A stretch of DNA of 64,000 bases, from the NCBI RefSeq assembly GCF_006345805.1, contig NC_043004.1, positions 70,990,001-71,054,000 on the forward strand, written 5' to 3'. A program made the position numbers and the translations under genes. Origin of the DNA: Octopus sinensis (lineage: Eukaryota). Below are positions 1-11,974 of the stretch, piece by piece (positions within the stretch are counted from its first letter, which is position 1; each line of letters starts with the position of its first letter). Below the pieces are notes generated by a model. That model was not told the DNA's origin, ran no database searches, and was given only the letters and a program-made list of their open reading frames with translations.

Positions 1-185
1 TTGTGTTACATACCATACAACATGCATATAATATATATAGTATATATAAGTATTTATTTAGACTTTGGGTATATGTCTATTAGTATGTCAAAGCACATTC
101 ACTGTTGGTGCTATCTGGTGTCATCCACAGTTACAGTATAATTTTTACTGGATTTACATCAGGAATTCTGCAGTGTTCGTTTGGT

Positions 186-543
186 TTATAATTGACGAAG
201 GAAACAGAAAATGGATTTGGTGCAAATCTTTATTCACTGTGATGGTCCTGCAGCTGTGCCTTACAGGTAGGATATCATGCATCTAGTTGTGTTGCATCAA
301 TCAGTGTAGTTTGTGTTTCCTCAGGTGTTTTGGTATAAAAGATATCTCACTGCATATACTGAGATCCTCTAGGCATGTTGCACTCTCTTGTAGTATGTGG
401 GTACACAGACTGGATAGATTGATGCAACACTAGATGCATGATATCCTACCTGTAAGGGACAGCTGCAGGATGGATCAAAACGATAGTCTTGTTGGATAAA
501 GATTTGTACCAAATCCATTTTCCATTTCCTTCATCAATTATAA
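186..543. repeat. Long imperfect inverted repeat (arms ~186-302 and ~417-543)
   Basis: TTATAATTGACGAAGG...GTTGCATCAATC is the reverse complement of GATTGATGCAAC...CCTTCATCAATTATAA, with scattered mismatches and one unaligned internal patch. Confidence 0.9.
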
Positions 544-567
544 TGTGTACATACGTATATATTATAA

Positions 568-965
568 GGCGCAGGAGTGGCTGTGTGGTAAGTAGCTTGC
601 TTACCAACTACATGGTTCTGGGTTCAGTCCCACTGCATGGCACCTTGGGCATGTGTCTTCTACTATAGCCTCGGGCTGACCAAAGCCTTGTGAGTGGATT
701 TGGTAGACGGAAACTGAAAAGAATCCCGTCATATATATGTATGTGTATGTATATGTTTGTGTATCTGTATTTGTCCCTCCAACATCGCTTGACAACCGAT
801 GCTGGTGTGTTTACATCCCCGTAACTTAGCAGTTCGGCAAAAGAGACTGATAGAATAAGTACTAGGCTTACAAAGAATAAGTCCCGGGGCGATGTGCTCG
901 ACTAAAGGCGGTGCTCCAGCATGGCCACAGTCAAATGACTGAAAGAAGTAAAACAAGAGTAAGAG
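568..965 (+). mobile_element. tRNA-derived SINE family 1, full length (~400 bp, internal TA/TG microsatellite linker)
   Basis: A-box-like TGGCTGTGTGG, B-box-like GGTTCAGTCCC, CCTTGGGCA motif reminiscent of CORE-SINEs, AAGAGT-type tail; more than 20 related copies in the window. Confidence 0.9.
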
Positions 966-999
966 TGTATATGCATGTGCGCGCGCGCGTGTGTGTGCT

Positions 1000-1775
1000 G
1001 ACATGGCTATGTGGTCAAGAAGTTTGCTTTCCAATTACATGGTTGTGAGTTTAATTTTACTGCATGGCACCTTGGGCAAGTGGTATCTAGTATAGCTCCA
1101 AGCTGATCAAAGCCTTGTAAATGAATTTGCTAAACAGAAACTGAAAGTAGCTTGTCATGTGTATGCTTGTGTTTCCCCCTCCCCCACTGCTTGATAGCTG
1201 GTGTTGGTTTGTTTATACCCCTATAACTTAGCAGTTTGACAAAAGACATGACAGAATAGGTATCAAACTTGAAAAATAAGTTCTGAGGTCAATTTATTTG
1301 ACTAGACCCTTGTAGGTAGTGCCCTAGTATGGCGATAGTTCAATAACTAAAAAACCAATAAGAGACAAAAGACAAATATATATATACATATATATAGTAC
1401 ATGTCTGGATGTGTGGTAAGTTTGCTTCTCAACTATGTGATTATGGGTTCAGCACCCCTGTGTGGCACCTTGAGCAAGTGTCTTCTATAGCCTTGGGCTG
1501 ATCAAAGCCTTGTGATTGGATTTGTTAGATGGAAACTGTTAGAAGCCCATTGAATATATATGTGTGTGTGTCTGGTGTGTATATGTGTGTGTTGGTGTGT
1601 TTACGTCCTTATAACTTAGTGGTTCAGCAAAAACGACTGATAGAATAAGTATCAAGCTTTTAAGAAAAAATAAAATGAAATAAAAGTACTGGGGCTGATT
1701 CCTTTGACTAAGAATTCTTCAAGGCAGTGCCCCAGCATGGCCAAAGCCTAATGACTGAAACAAGTGAAAGGTAAA
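1000..1775 (+). mobile_element. Two older SINE family 1 copies head-to-tail (~1000-1375, ~1405-1775)
   Basis: Diverged matches to 568-965 over head, core and tail. Confidence 0.8.
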
Positions 1776-1934
1776 AGATGTACACACACTCACACACACG
1801 CACTAATATCACTGCTGTCACAAATACCATCACCACCACCACCACTACCACCAACACCACCATCATCATCACCACCATCATCACTTTCTGTGTCCACAGC
1901 TTCTCAGTGGTCATTCCTCTCTTTGTCTTTGCAG

Positions 1935-2038
1935 GGCCATTGCTGTACCATTTTTCAGACATGCCAAATGAAAGTTCCATAGAACTGAGTTATGATGATG
2001 TCAGACAGGTCATTCTCCAGTATGGATTCCAGTTTGAG
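1935..2038 (+). CDS. CARNMT1: Internal (penultimate) coding exon of carnosine N-methyltransferase
   Basis: Acceptor ctctttgtctttgcag, donor GAG|gtaagc, 104 nt, phase 1 to phase 0; translation [35 protein letters not shown] matches the recalled CARNMT1 motif GPLLYHF...[20 protein letters not shown]. Confidence 0.9.
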
Positions 2039-2320
2039 GTAAGCACCAGCTTGTATTGTCATCGTCATCGTCATCATCATCATCATCATCATCATCATTA
2101 TTTTTGTTGCTGTTGTTATTTGTGACGTGATCAATAGCATTGTTGCATATAGATTTCCAACGAACCAACCATTGGTTCACTGCATTCATGATGGAGAGAG
2201 TGACAATTGAACGTCTGTGCAACTCGAGTGGAACGGACACCACACTAGATATCTGTTTCAAAGCATCCGCTTATCGGTTTTTTTTTTCCACGAATATATA
2301 CTGGCCAAAAACACACACAT

Positions 2321-2352
<32 letters not shown>

Positions 2353-2642
2353 CTGTTTGTTTATCTGTCTCTCTTGTCTGTGGCAAAGGTAGATATATAT
2401 ATATCATACAGATATATATCTATATACCTACCTACCTAACTGTACACCTGATACATATTTACGTACCTACCTAGTTACCTATCTCTCTACATACTTACCT
2501 ACCCACCAACTGAACCGCATATGTTTCTATGTCATCATAGGTGGTTTATGTATGCATGCATGTGTAAGAATGTCTGTGCACATACATTTATATGTGTATA
2601 TATGTACATACACTCTCTCACGTGCGTGTATGTATGTGTGCA

Positions 2643-2679
<37 letters not shown>

Positions 2680-3209
2680 GTATGTAAAACCACAGATGCT
2701 AAAGTATTTCTTCTAAAGTGCTGATATTACAACTGTAGAAATAATCTCCTGGATTAACAGCTTAGCAGATTATTAGTTACGTTTCTTACAGAAATAGCAT
2801 CTCACTAATTTCATATACCAGTTCCTTGAGCAAACACATGGATACATACTGTTTATTTATATCACACACACACATACACACAGTGACTCACACTTCTACA
2901 CACATACATGTATACATGTACACAGACACATTTATATATATATAATATATATCCACACACATGTGTATAGCATGAGTAGACTGCAGTCATTTCGTTTTGA
3001 GTTCGTTGATGTCCTCTGCACTTGTTCATTTTCACACATACCAATGCATTTATGTGTCTATGCTTTGTACAAAATTTGTATTTCTGCATAAATGAATATC
3101 TGTATCTATCAAAGTGATTCTACTTTGAGTATGGAAACCCCACCAGTAAACGTTCTGTTGTTATTCTTAAACTTGTTTTAAAATACTAACCTTGTTGTAA
3201 CAGATATAT

Positions 3210-3256
3210 TACATCTTCATGTAAGGATGTGTGCCTACGAAACTTGAAGTAATGTA
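3210..3256 (+). ncRNA. Degenerate hammerhead-like relic
   Basis: Stem I TACAT/ATGTA, stem II GTAAGG/CCTAC, GAAA, stem III ACTT-G-AAGT and GTA triplet are all in place; the CUGANGA core is replaced by CTTCAT. Confidence 0.4.
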
Positions 3257-3498
3257 GAACTTGGTCAACCTGTTATTATATAGTTTCATCTCCAAGTAAA
3301 TAAGTGTTGATTGCTGTTTTCTTTTGTTTGTTCACATATTTATGTGTGTGTATGTGTGTCCCAAGCAGTAATGGTTTGAAAAGCTAAGATTATCAGTGTA
3401 CACACATACACATCACACAGATGATACAATAGGGGTGAACAATAAGAATGAGTGCCCAGCATTGCATTTGGTGGATGAATATATTGTGTATTTGTGTA

Positions 3499-3650
3499 GA
3501 TTTACAATGCTACCATTGGTTTCATGCGGATATATAGCTATTATAAAATGTTCCATTAAAAATGTTGGTAATCTGTCTCCAATATTTTTAAGTGGGACAT
3601 TTTGATAATTGTGATATTACTGCATGAAACCAATGGTAGCATTGTTAATC
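3499..3650. repeat. Fold-back: 29-bp outer arms (1 mismatch) plus inner ~24-bp hairpin
   Basis: 3499-3527 versus 3622-3650; inner AAAATGTTCCATTAAAAATGTTGG versus CCAATATTTTTAAGTGGGACATTTT. Confidence 0.85.
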
Positions 3651-4100
3651 TCAAATAAAGAATATATATTTATATTATACATGTTTTCTATTTATATTAT
3701 TTTTCTGTGTTATATTTAAAATGGCAAGGATGAATTTTTGGATTTCAAACACATTCTTGATGAAATGACTTCCACACTGTATTTAACTAAATCAATTTAA
3801 TCAGTACAATTAGTTATGTGATTATTATAAGATTGACAATATTTCTGTGTGGTTCATGGAAACAGCTGTAGAACTGAGCAAGTGGAATTTTGTGAATATT
3901 ATTGAAATCATTTTGTCTTCTATTCTTCCACTATGTGTGTGTGTGTGTGTGTGTGCCACTGAATGCATGTTCTTCCTTGCCTTTAAGTACTTGGTGTGGT
4001 TTGTTTTCAGTGCTCTGTGAAAGCTTGTTGGGGCTGTTCAATGTTCGATAGCCTGAGAGTTATTATTAGCCTGTTTGGAAACAGATCTGTGTTGGCATGG

Positions 4101-4131
<31 letters not shown>

Positions 4132-4268
4132 GGAGAGCATTCAGCCATAGAAAATTCTGCCTCAACAAAATTTCATTTGGCCTATGCAAGGATGGGAAGC
4201 TGGATATAAAAAACACTGATGCTGAATATGAATGTGTGTATGCATGTGTATGCATGTGTGTGCATGTG

Positions 4269-4301
<33 letters not shown>

Positions 4302-4440
4302 TGTGTGTGTGTGTGTGTGTATACATATGTATGTATGTGAGCATTTGTGCATCTGTCTGTGCATAAATGTCTGTGTTTGTATACATCTATTAATGTATCT
4401 GCATGTATAAGTATGTGTATACACAGACATAAAATTTATT

Positions 4441-4995
4441 TGGTACTTTTTTACTCTTTTACTTGTTTCAGTCATTTGACTGTGGCCATGCTAGAGCACT
4501 GCCTTTAGTTGAGCAAATCAACTCCAGGACTTATTCTTTGTAAGCCTAGTACTTATTCTATTAGTCTATTTTGCTGAACTGCTAAGTTACGGGGATGTAA
4601 ACACACCAGCATCGGTTGTCAAGCGATATTGGGGGCACAAACACAGACACACAAACATATATACACACACACACACATGTATATATATATATACATACAT
4701 ACATATATACGATGGGCTTCTTTCAGTTTGTGTCTACCAAATCCACTCACAAGGCATTGGTTGTCAAGCGATGTTGGGGGGACAAAAACAGACACACAAA
4801 CATATACATACACATACATACATATTTACATATATATGATGGGCTTCTTTTCAGTTTCCGTCTACCAAATCCACTCACAAGGCTTTGGTCGGCTCAAGGC
4901 TATAGTAGAAGACACTTGCCTAAGGTGCCACACAGTGGGACTGAACCCGGAACCATGTGGTTGGTAAGCAAACTACTTACCACACAGCCACTCCT
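4441..4995 (-). mobile_element. SINE family 1 with internal tandem duplication (~4616-4760 and ~4761-4890)
   Basis: Reverse complement of family 1; the linker region occurs twice. Confidence 0.85.
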
Positions 4996-5009
4996 GACAC
5001 TTGTATGTG

Positions 5010-5210
5010 AACACACAGGTGCAAAACAAGGTGAAGAAAGTAGCATACCCAAATACTTAAGACCCAGTGTTTTATTGAAGCTGAAAAAATTTAACAACCT
5101 GCTACTCAGGGTTTCATGTAACCACTCATCAGACACAAGTGAACTTTTGGAACTGTACAATCGCTTAGAAATGTTTATAAAACGTTGTAATGTTCCATCA
5201 AACGATGGTT
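5010..5210 (-). mobile_element. Penelope-like pLTR fragment
   Basis: Minus strand GAAACCCTGAGTAGCAGGTTGTTAAATTTTTTCAGCTTCAATAAAAC resembles the 58.6 kb arm GAAACTCAGAGTAACAGGTTTTGTTGAATTTTCTGCTGCTTTAAATAAAG; carries a hammerhead core. Confidence 0.6.
5097..5140 (-). ncRNA. Minimal type I hammerhead ribozyme motif
   Basis: TGT-CTGATGA-GTG GTTA CAT-GAAA-CCCTGA-GTA-GCA: canonical core, 3-bp stem II, weak stems I and III. Confidence 0.55.
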
Positions 5211-5261
5211 AGTTGTGTGAAAGCCCGAGTAGCAGTTTGTGAACTTTTACCATCATCATCA

Positions 5262-5560
5262 TCATCATCACCGTTATTAACATCTGTTGCCCATGCTGGG
5301 CAATCTGACCTGTGCTGGTAAGCTGAGGGGCTGCACCAGGCTCCAGTCTGTCATGGCGTGGTCTCTACAGCTGGATGCCTTTCCTGATGCCAACCACTTT
5401 TCAGAGTGTAGTGAGTGCTTTTATGTGGCACCGCACGAGTGCTTTTACGTGACACCTCATGGCCACTTTAATGTCACACCACCGTCATTTTTACATGCCA
5501 CTGCATGGGTGCTTTTACATGATGCCACACAGGCGCTTTTGTGTGACACCGCATGGATGC
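5262..5560 (-). mobile_element. RTE-type LINE 3' tail
   Basis: (CAT)n followed by the reverse complement of the tail seen attached to RTE ORF2 at 31.2-31.9 kb. Confidence 0.75.
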
Positions 5561-5595
5561 CTATAAAAGACTTATACATATATATATGTGTGTGG

Positions 5596-5629
<34 letters not shown>

Positions 5630-5631
5630 TA

Positions 5632-5679
<48 letters not shown>

Positions 5680-5779
5680 CATATATGTTTGTTTCTTGGC
5701 AAAGTTTTAAACTTTATAGAACTATTTAACAGTATTCTGAACAATTGCTCGGTGGAGTACGTATTTATTAGTCTTACAA

Positions 5780-5865
5780 AAGGTTGAGAGTGACTTCGAA
5801 GTTCCAGCTGGTTTGTCATCATCAGAATGGGAGCAATTTAAAACTTCGAAGTCACTGTCAATCTT
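5780..5865. repeat. 24-bp inverted repeat (2 mismatches); each arm contains the palindrome ACTTCGAAGT
   Basis: 5780-5803 versus 5842-5865. Confidence 0.85.
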
Positions 5866-5879
5866 GTCTTGTAAAAGGT

Positions 5880-6350
5880 AATAATATATGTATATGTATG
5901 TGTGTGTGGTTGTTTGTTTGTGTGTGCATGTGTGTGTGTGTATGTGTGTATATCCATATATATATATGTATCCATATATATGTGTGTGTATGTATATATA
6001 TATATATAATATATATACACACACGCGTATATATATATCTATATTTCTATATATGTGTATATATATATATATATCCATATATATAAAAATAAAAATATGC
6101 ATATATATATGTGTGTGTATAGTTATATATATATATATGTAAGCATGTATAAATGTGTATATGTATATATGTATACATGCGTGTATATGACCATAGATAT
6201 AACATGTACATGTAATGTATATGTATACACACATGCATATGTAATTAAGAAAATTTTCACCCCTCCCACCACAAATATATGCATATATATGTGTATACAC
6301 ACACACACACACACACACACACATGCATGTGTGTGTGTGTGTGCATGTGT
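5880..6350. repeat. Compound (TA)n/(TG)n/(CA)n microsatellite field
   Basis: Direct reading; source of the Y/I/H/T-rich ORFs. Confidence 0.95.
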
Positions 6351-6881
6351 CTATCACTTCTCTATTATTCCACAAGGTCTGCATATACAGAAATGGCAAT
6401 TTTATCTGAAATATGTCAGGGTGCTGATAGACGGAGTCTAATTAAGAGAGCAACACTTTGTAAACCAGTTGAAACATTAGAGAACACAGGGGAGAGAGAG
6501 AGAGAGAGAGAGAGAAGAGAGAGAGCATGAATGTAAAATTGAAAGTGAAGGCAAGTGAATAAAATGATAAAAAGACCAAAAATCAGACAACATTTGCTGG
6601 GAAATCTTAGTCTTGGATGATTTTCCAATTCCAAAACCACTGATCCAGACGAGACACCAAACACCAGAGCTAGTTAGTTAGTTAGCTCAGAGCTGGTGGT
6701 GGTGGTGGCGGTGGTGATGGTGGTGGTGGTAGTGGTGGTGGTAGTGGTGGTATGAACTGGCTGTTTAGTATGATTATGGTGTTTTATATATGGTGGCCAT
6801 GGGTGGTACAGTGGCTTTTTATGATAGTAGAAGGGTGTATGTTGATGGTCATCACCATAGCGGTGGTGATTTGTTTTGTGC

Positions 6882-6922
<41 letters not shown>

Positions 6923-7173
6923 GGGGAGTTGGGTGTTGAGGAATGGGGTGGACTGGAAAAGTCTGCTTTTTGGCATTGAGAAGATAAATTCCTTAGTGTG
7001 CAGTTAAGCAACTCGGCAAGTTTTAATGATCTCGCTGTAGAAACCATTACGACCAAGATATATTAACAACAACAACAACAACAACAACAATAAGCACAGC
7101 GACAACAAGAACAAAGGCAAAAACAACAGGATGACTTGTAATAATACTAACAACAACAACAACAACAATAATA

Positions 7174-7209
<36 letters not shown>

Positions 7210-7551
7210 GTAATAATAGTAATAATAATAATAATAAGATTGATAATATTAATAATAGAATTAATAAAGCTTAATAGAGATGAGTTGTGGCAAAAGATAT
7301 GAACGGAAAGCCATGAGGGTGGGAAGGGTGGGGTTTGGAGACTTATTTCAATTCTTGTTCGTTTCGTTAATGGCTGTTTATAGCCAGACAAGAATGAATC
7401 TTCATATTACAGACAGTCTACATCATCAAACACTCTCTTGCCCTTTTGAGGCTACAAGGGACCGTCTATACAGCTGTCCCTTCCATTCATTCACAACACG
7501 CACACAGACACACACATGCACGCACGTACACACACACACACACACACACTT

Positions 7552-7760
7552 ATCATCATCATCATCATCACCATCATCGTTTAATGTCGTTTTCCAAGCT
7601 GGCCAGCCGGAGAGCTGCACCAGGTTCCGGTTGTCTGTTGTGCGGATTTTCTACAGCTGGATGCCCTTTCTAGGACCACCCACTTTACAAAGTGTGCCAA
7701 GCACTTCGTATGTGCCACCGGCATGCGTGCATCTCCTGTGGCACTGGTACCTGCAAGACA
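7552..7760 (-). mobile_element. RTE-type LINE 3' tail
   Basis: (CAT)n-CGTTTAATGTC...CTACAGCTGGATGCCC... Confidence 0.75.
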
Positions 7761-8303
7761 AAGACCTCAGCTGGGAAACAGAGTAGGGGTGTGCATGGCC
7801 ATAAATGACATACCTGTATTTATGGCTGGCTGGCTGTGATTTTACATGTACAAGACAAAGAGTGAGCCATTTTGTTTGTAGAAATAACAGCCAAATCTCC
7901 CTAAAATGACAGCTTCCATCCTTAATGTCATCCTTATTTTTATGCTTGTTTGTGGCATTTCTTTTACCTTTACATTCCGAGTTCAAATGCTACTGAGGTC
8001 AACTTTTCCTTCTATCCTTTTAGGGTCAAAAGAGTAAAGAACGATTTCTTATTTAAACGTGTTTAAAATTCAGGGGCATGTAATTCAGGGGCAGGTAATT
8101 CAGTGGCAGGTAATTCAAGGCATGTGGATCGAACAACTAAATCGTTGTTGTCAAATGGCGAAGATCCACCACCACTTGGTTTAAAACCTTTATTTCTAAC
8201 AAAACCTATGAAACTCCTCTAAACAACCAGCACCACCCTAGAACATCTTTGACATTTGCGATCCCCCAATGTACTCAAAGATTTCTTTTTTAAACGTGTT
8301 TAA

Positions 8304-8649
8304 AATTCAGGGGGCATGTAATTCAGGGGCATGGAATTCAGGGGCAGGTAATTCAGGGGCATGTAATTCAGGGGCAGGTAATTCAGGGGCAGGTAATTCA
8401 GGGTCAGGTAATTCAGGGGCAGGTAATGCAGGCGCAGGTAATTCAGGGGCATGTAATTCAGGGGCAGGTAATTCAGGGGCAGGTAATTCAGGGGCAGGTA
8501 ATTCAGGGGCAGGTAAATCAGGGGCAGGTAATTCAGGGGCAGGTAATTCAGGGGCATGTAATTCAGGGGCATTTAAATCAGGGGCAGGTAATTCAGGGGC
8601 AGGTTATTCAGGGGCAGGTAATTCAGAGGCATGTAATTCAGGAGCAGGT
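8304..8649 (+). repeat. 15-bp minisatellite (AATTCAGGGGCAGGT) x23
   Basis: One 16-bp plus 22 15-bp units; a 4-unit version with the same flanks lies at ~8065-8125. Confidence 0.95.
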
Positions 8650-8929
8650 AATTCAGTGGATCGAACAACTAAATCGTTGTTGTGGATGTAATTGACTGAC
8701 CCCTTTCCTTGAAATATTTGTCTTTGTGCCCATATCAAAAAGGATTATTTTTATATTTGCTTTTCCATGCTGGCATGTGTTGTACTGGATTTTTTGAGGC
8801 AGTGTTCTACAGCCAGATGTCCTTTTAGTTTCCTCCTATGACATGTATGGACATCTCTGTATGTCCATGCATAGACATCTGTATATCCTGTTGCACTGCC
8901 AGAGCTGATTCTCATGACTCTCTAGCTCA

Positions 8930-9360
8930 GTGGTTAAGAGCATCGGGCTCACAATCATGAGATAGTGAGTTCGATTTCTGGACTGGGCTGTGTGTTGTGT
9001 TCTTGAGCAAGATGCTTTATTTCATGTTACTCCAGTCCACTCAGCTGCAGAAATGAGTTGCAATGTCACTGTTGCCAAGCTGTATTGGCCTGTTTTGCCT
9101 TTGCCTTGGATCACATCGGTGGTGTGGAGTGGGTAGGCTGGTATGCATGGGCAACTGCTGGTCTTCCATAAACAAACTTGTCCCAAGTGCAATCCTAAGG
9201 TCATTCATAACTGAAGGGAGTCTTTACCGTTTGCCCTATGTATATATAATGGTGTGGAGAGGCGGGGCTGGTGTGCATGGGTGACTGCTGGTCTTCCATG
9301 AATAACCTTGCTTGGACTTGTGCCTAGGTGCAATTCCATGGTCATTCATGACTGAAGGAA
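8930..9360 (+). mobile_element. tRNA-derived SINE family 4
   Basis: CTCAGTGGTTAAGAGC A-box, GAGTTCGATT B-box, TTCTTGAGCAAG core; duplicated 3' module at 9118-9230 and 9250-9360. Confidence 0.75.
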
Positions 9361-9499
9361 GTCTCTATTTCTCTCTCTCTCTCTCTCTCTGTCACCATCC
9401 AATTCTAATTTGAATTGTGAACTTGAGTTATAATCAATCTTTCATTAGCTGATTACACACCCCTGGTGTGTTGGAGTTATCCTTTTGATAAAGCTTCGT

Positions 9500-9745
9500 C
9501 ATCCTGACTTTTGATCTATTGATCTTCTGCTCAGCATCAATTCCAGAAGCACCATTGGCTCAGCTGGGCTCTTCCATTGCCTCTTCACAATCTGCCATTC
9601 TGCTGTCCCTGACACGGTGCCTGAACAGGTGCTTTGCCATGCCAAATGGCAGTCTGTAACTATGCTAGGTGAGGTTGTCACTCCATGCTGTATTTTCAAA
9701 TTGTCCACAATCCCGTTAAATGGGGGATTTGCAGGCATATTAAGA
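9500..9745 (-). mobile_element. Old interspersed repeat, probably LINE-derived; second copy at ~32780-33010
   Basis: Shared GCTCAGCATCAAT..AGAAGCACCATTGGCTCAG.TGGGCTCTTCCATT block. Confidence 0.5.
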
Positions 9746-10715
9746 ATATGGTGTCATCGTCGTCACATCGTCGTTTTCCTTTCCACCTTTCTATGCTTGC
9801 TTGGATCAGGTGAAATTTGTAGAGGTAGTTTTCTCAGGGCCGATGCTGTTCCTGACTGGAACAGCATCCATCTGTAGAAAATTTACCTCAGTAAACCCTG
9901 CTTGAGCCTTGCAAAACAAAAAGAAAAAAAAAAACTTAAAATGATGATGTGTGTTTGTGTGTGTGTATGTATACACACACATATATGTATATATGTAAGA
10001 TTATAAGTTCATAAGTATGCATATGTAATATATACGCACACACATACTTTCTATAATATATATATCTTTACATCAACACACACACACATGCATGCACATA
10101 TGCACACACACAACACACACACACACACACACACACATACATACATACATATGCATATATAAATACATTCATTGACTTGACTGACTAGAAAGTAGTGATG
10201 GCATTATTGGCCATGGTGGTGGCGATTGTGGTGGTGGTGGTAGTAGTGGTGGGGGTGGTGGTGGGGGTGGTGGTGGTGGGGGTGGTGGTGGTGGGGGTGG
10301 GGGTTGTTATTGCTTGAGAGTCACTTCACTTGATTGATCGCGAGAGAAGTAGAAGAATGAATGAGAGGGACGGATTGTGTGTGTGTGTGTATGTGTGTGT
10401 GTGTGTGAGATTCTGGGTCCAGTCTTGTAGAGTAGGCACTGATGATGATGATGATGAACATAATAGTAGTAGTGTTGGTGATGAGGGTTAACAGTGATAG
10501 TGGAGATGATGGTGATGATGATGATGATGAATATGATGATGATTATGTTGAAGGTTTGCTGAGGATGATGTTGAAGGTGATGATGATGGGGGGGGGTGAT
10601 GATTGTTTAACGACGTCATCATTTAGGATCAGCTTAATGATGCAGTTGTGTAAAATGGAGAAAGGTATAGCCACAAGCAGAGGGGTAAGGGGTTGACTAA
10701 TGATGGTGATGGTGG

Positions 10716-10756
<41 letters not shown>

Positions 10757-10759
10757 GTT

Positions 10760-10794
<35 letters not shown>

Positions 10795-11236
10795 GTTTGA
10801 AATGATGACTATGTTGACAGAAAATTATGAAAATCCATGGTGCTGCTAGAAATGGTAGTGGTGGTGGTGGTGGTGGTGGTGGTGACGATGAGGAGGAGGC
10901 AGAGAAGGGGGTGGGCAGGGCAGACTAATGAAGATGATGGCTGTAATGACAGGGGAAAAAGACGAAGACTTTGACGACGATGGTTATGCAGTTGATGGTG
11001 ATGCTAATGTTAATGCAGGCGATGATGATGATGATGATGGTAACTTTGATGACGATGATGATGATGATGATATTGTTTAACCCCAGGTTAAACTCGAGTA
11101 AAAATTCTGACCATGAACATCTCATCTTATTTTGAAACAATTCATCCATGTACATTATACAAATGAACTCCAGTTTTCTTTTTTTCTTTTTTTTCCAAAT
11201 TTCTAACCCCTTTTTATAAACCCCTTTTTATAATAG

Positions 11237-11660
11237 GCATAGGAGTAGCTGTGTGGTAAGTACCTTGCTTGCCAACCGCATGGTTCCGGGTTCAGTCCTA
11301 CTGCGTGGTACCTTGGGTTAAGTGTCTTCTACTATAGCCTCGGGCAGACCAAAGCCTTGTGAGTGGATTTGGTAGACAAAAACTGAAAGAAGCCTGTCGT
11401 ATATATGTGTATATATGTATGTATATATATATATGTATGTGTGTGTATATGTTTGTGTGTCTGTGTTTGTTCCCCCTCCCCAAACATTGCTTGACAACTA
11501 ATGCTGGTGTGTTTAGGTCCCCGTCACTTAGCGGTTTGGCAAAAGAGACCAATAGAGTAAGTACTAGGCTTACAAAGAATAATTCCTGGGGTCGATATGC
11601 TCGACCAAAGGCGGTGCTCCAGCATGGCCACAGTCAAATGACTGAAACAAGTAAAAGAGT
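11237..11660 (+). mobile_element. SINE family 1, full length
   Basis: Matches 568-965. Confidence 0.9.
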
Positions 11661-11879
11661 AACCATATCTCTATTGAAATACACTGCGATTGTTTCAATT
11701 AATTTTGAAAATAACGAACAATCTAATTAAATAATTTTGCTGTTAATAACCAGGTGTTTGGAACATAAATTAACATGAAATTTTGATGGAAGTTTGTAAT
11801 TGAAATCACTTTGGAATATTTGAAGTTTGTGTCATAGAATGGAGGACTGTCTCAGAGTTGTTTGTATGGAAAGGGTTAA
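11655..11879. mobile_element. piggyBac-type MITE, left end lost
   Basis: Ends GGAAAGGG|TTAA; body similar to 22286-22484. Confidence 0.6.
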
Positions 11880-11974
11880 AGATGACAGCATGTGGTTTGA
11901 GGGGTGTATAGCTGCATTTTTTAACAGGCACAGTGACAGCGTTGGTGCTCCCCCCCCCTGGTGACAGTGGGGGT

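Noticed and set aside
568-660. SINE heads as tRNA genes
   Set aside because: A/B boxes are present but there is no full cloverleaf, and they continue into SINE bodies in many copies
2769-2870. ISYTSSLSKHMDTYCLFI as the missing CARNMT1 last exon
   Set aside because: Similarity needs several gaps, the best acceptor gives an immediate stop in phase 0, and the frame runs into microsatellite
5018-5207. AG/GT-bounded 63-codon open frame (GAKQGEESS...VPSND) as an exon
   Set aside because: Better explained as the antisense of a Penelope-like pLTR fragment carrying a hammerhead core; no recognisable protein
5740-5877. ARWSTYLLVLQK...LSSSEWEQF resembling a hAT transposase motif
   Set aside because: Short, preceded by a stop, overlaps an inverted repeat, and there are no other hAT motifs or TIRs nearby
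8269-8695. NSGAG Gly-rich structural protein
   Set aside because: Pure 15-bp array, open in several frames, no signal peptide; kept only as a repeat finding
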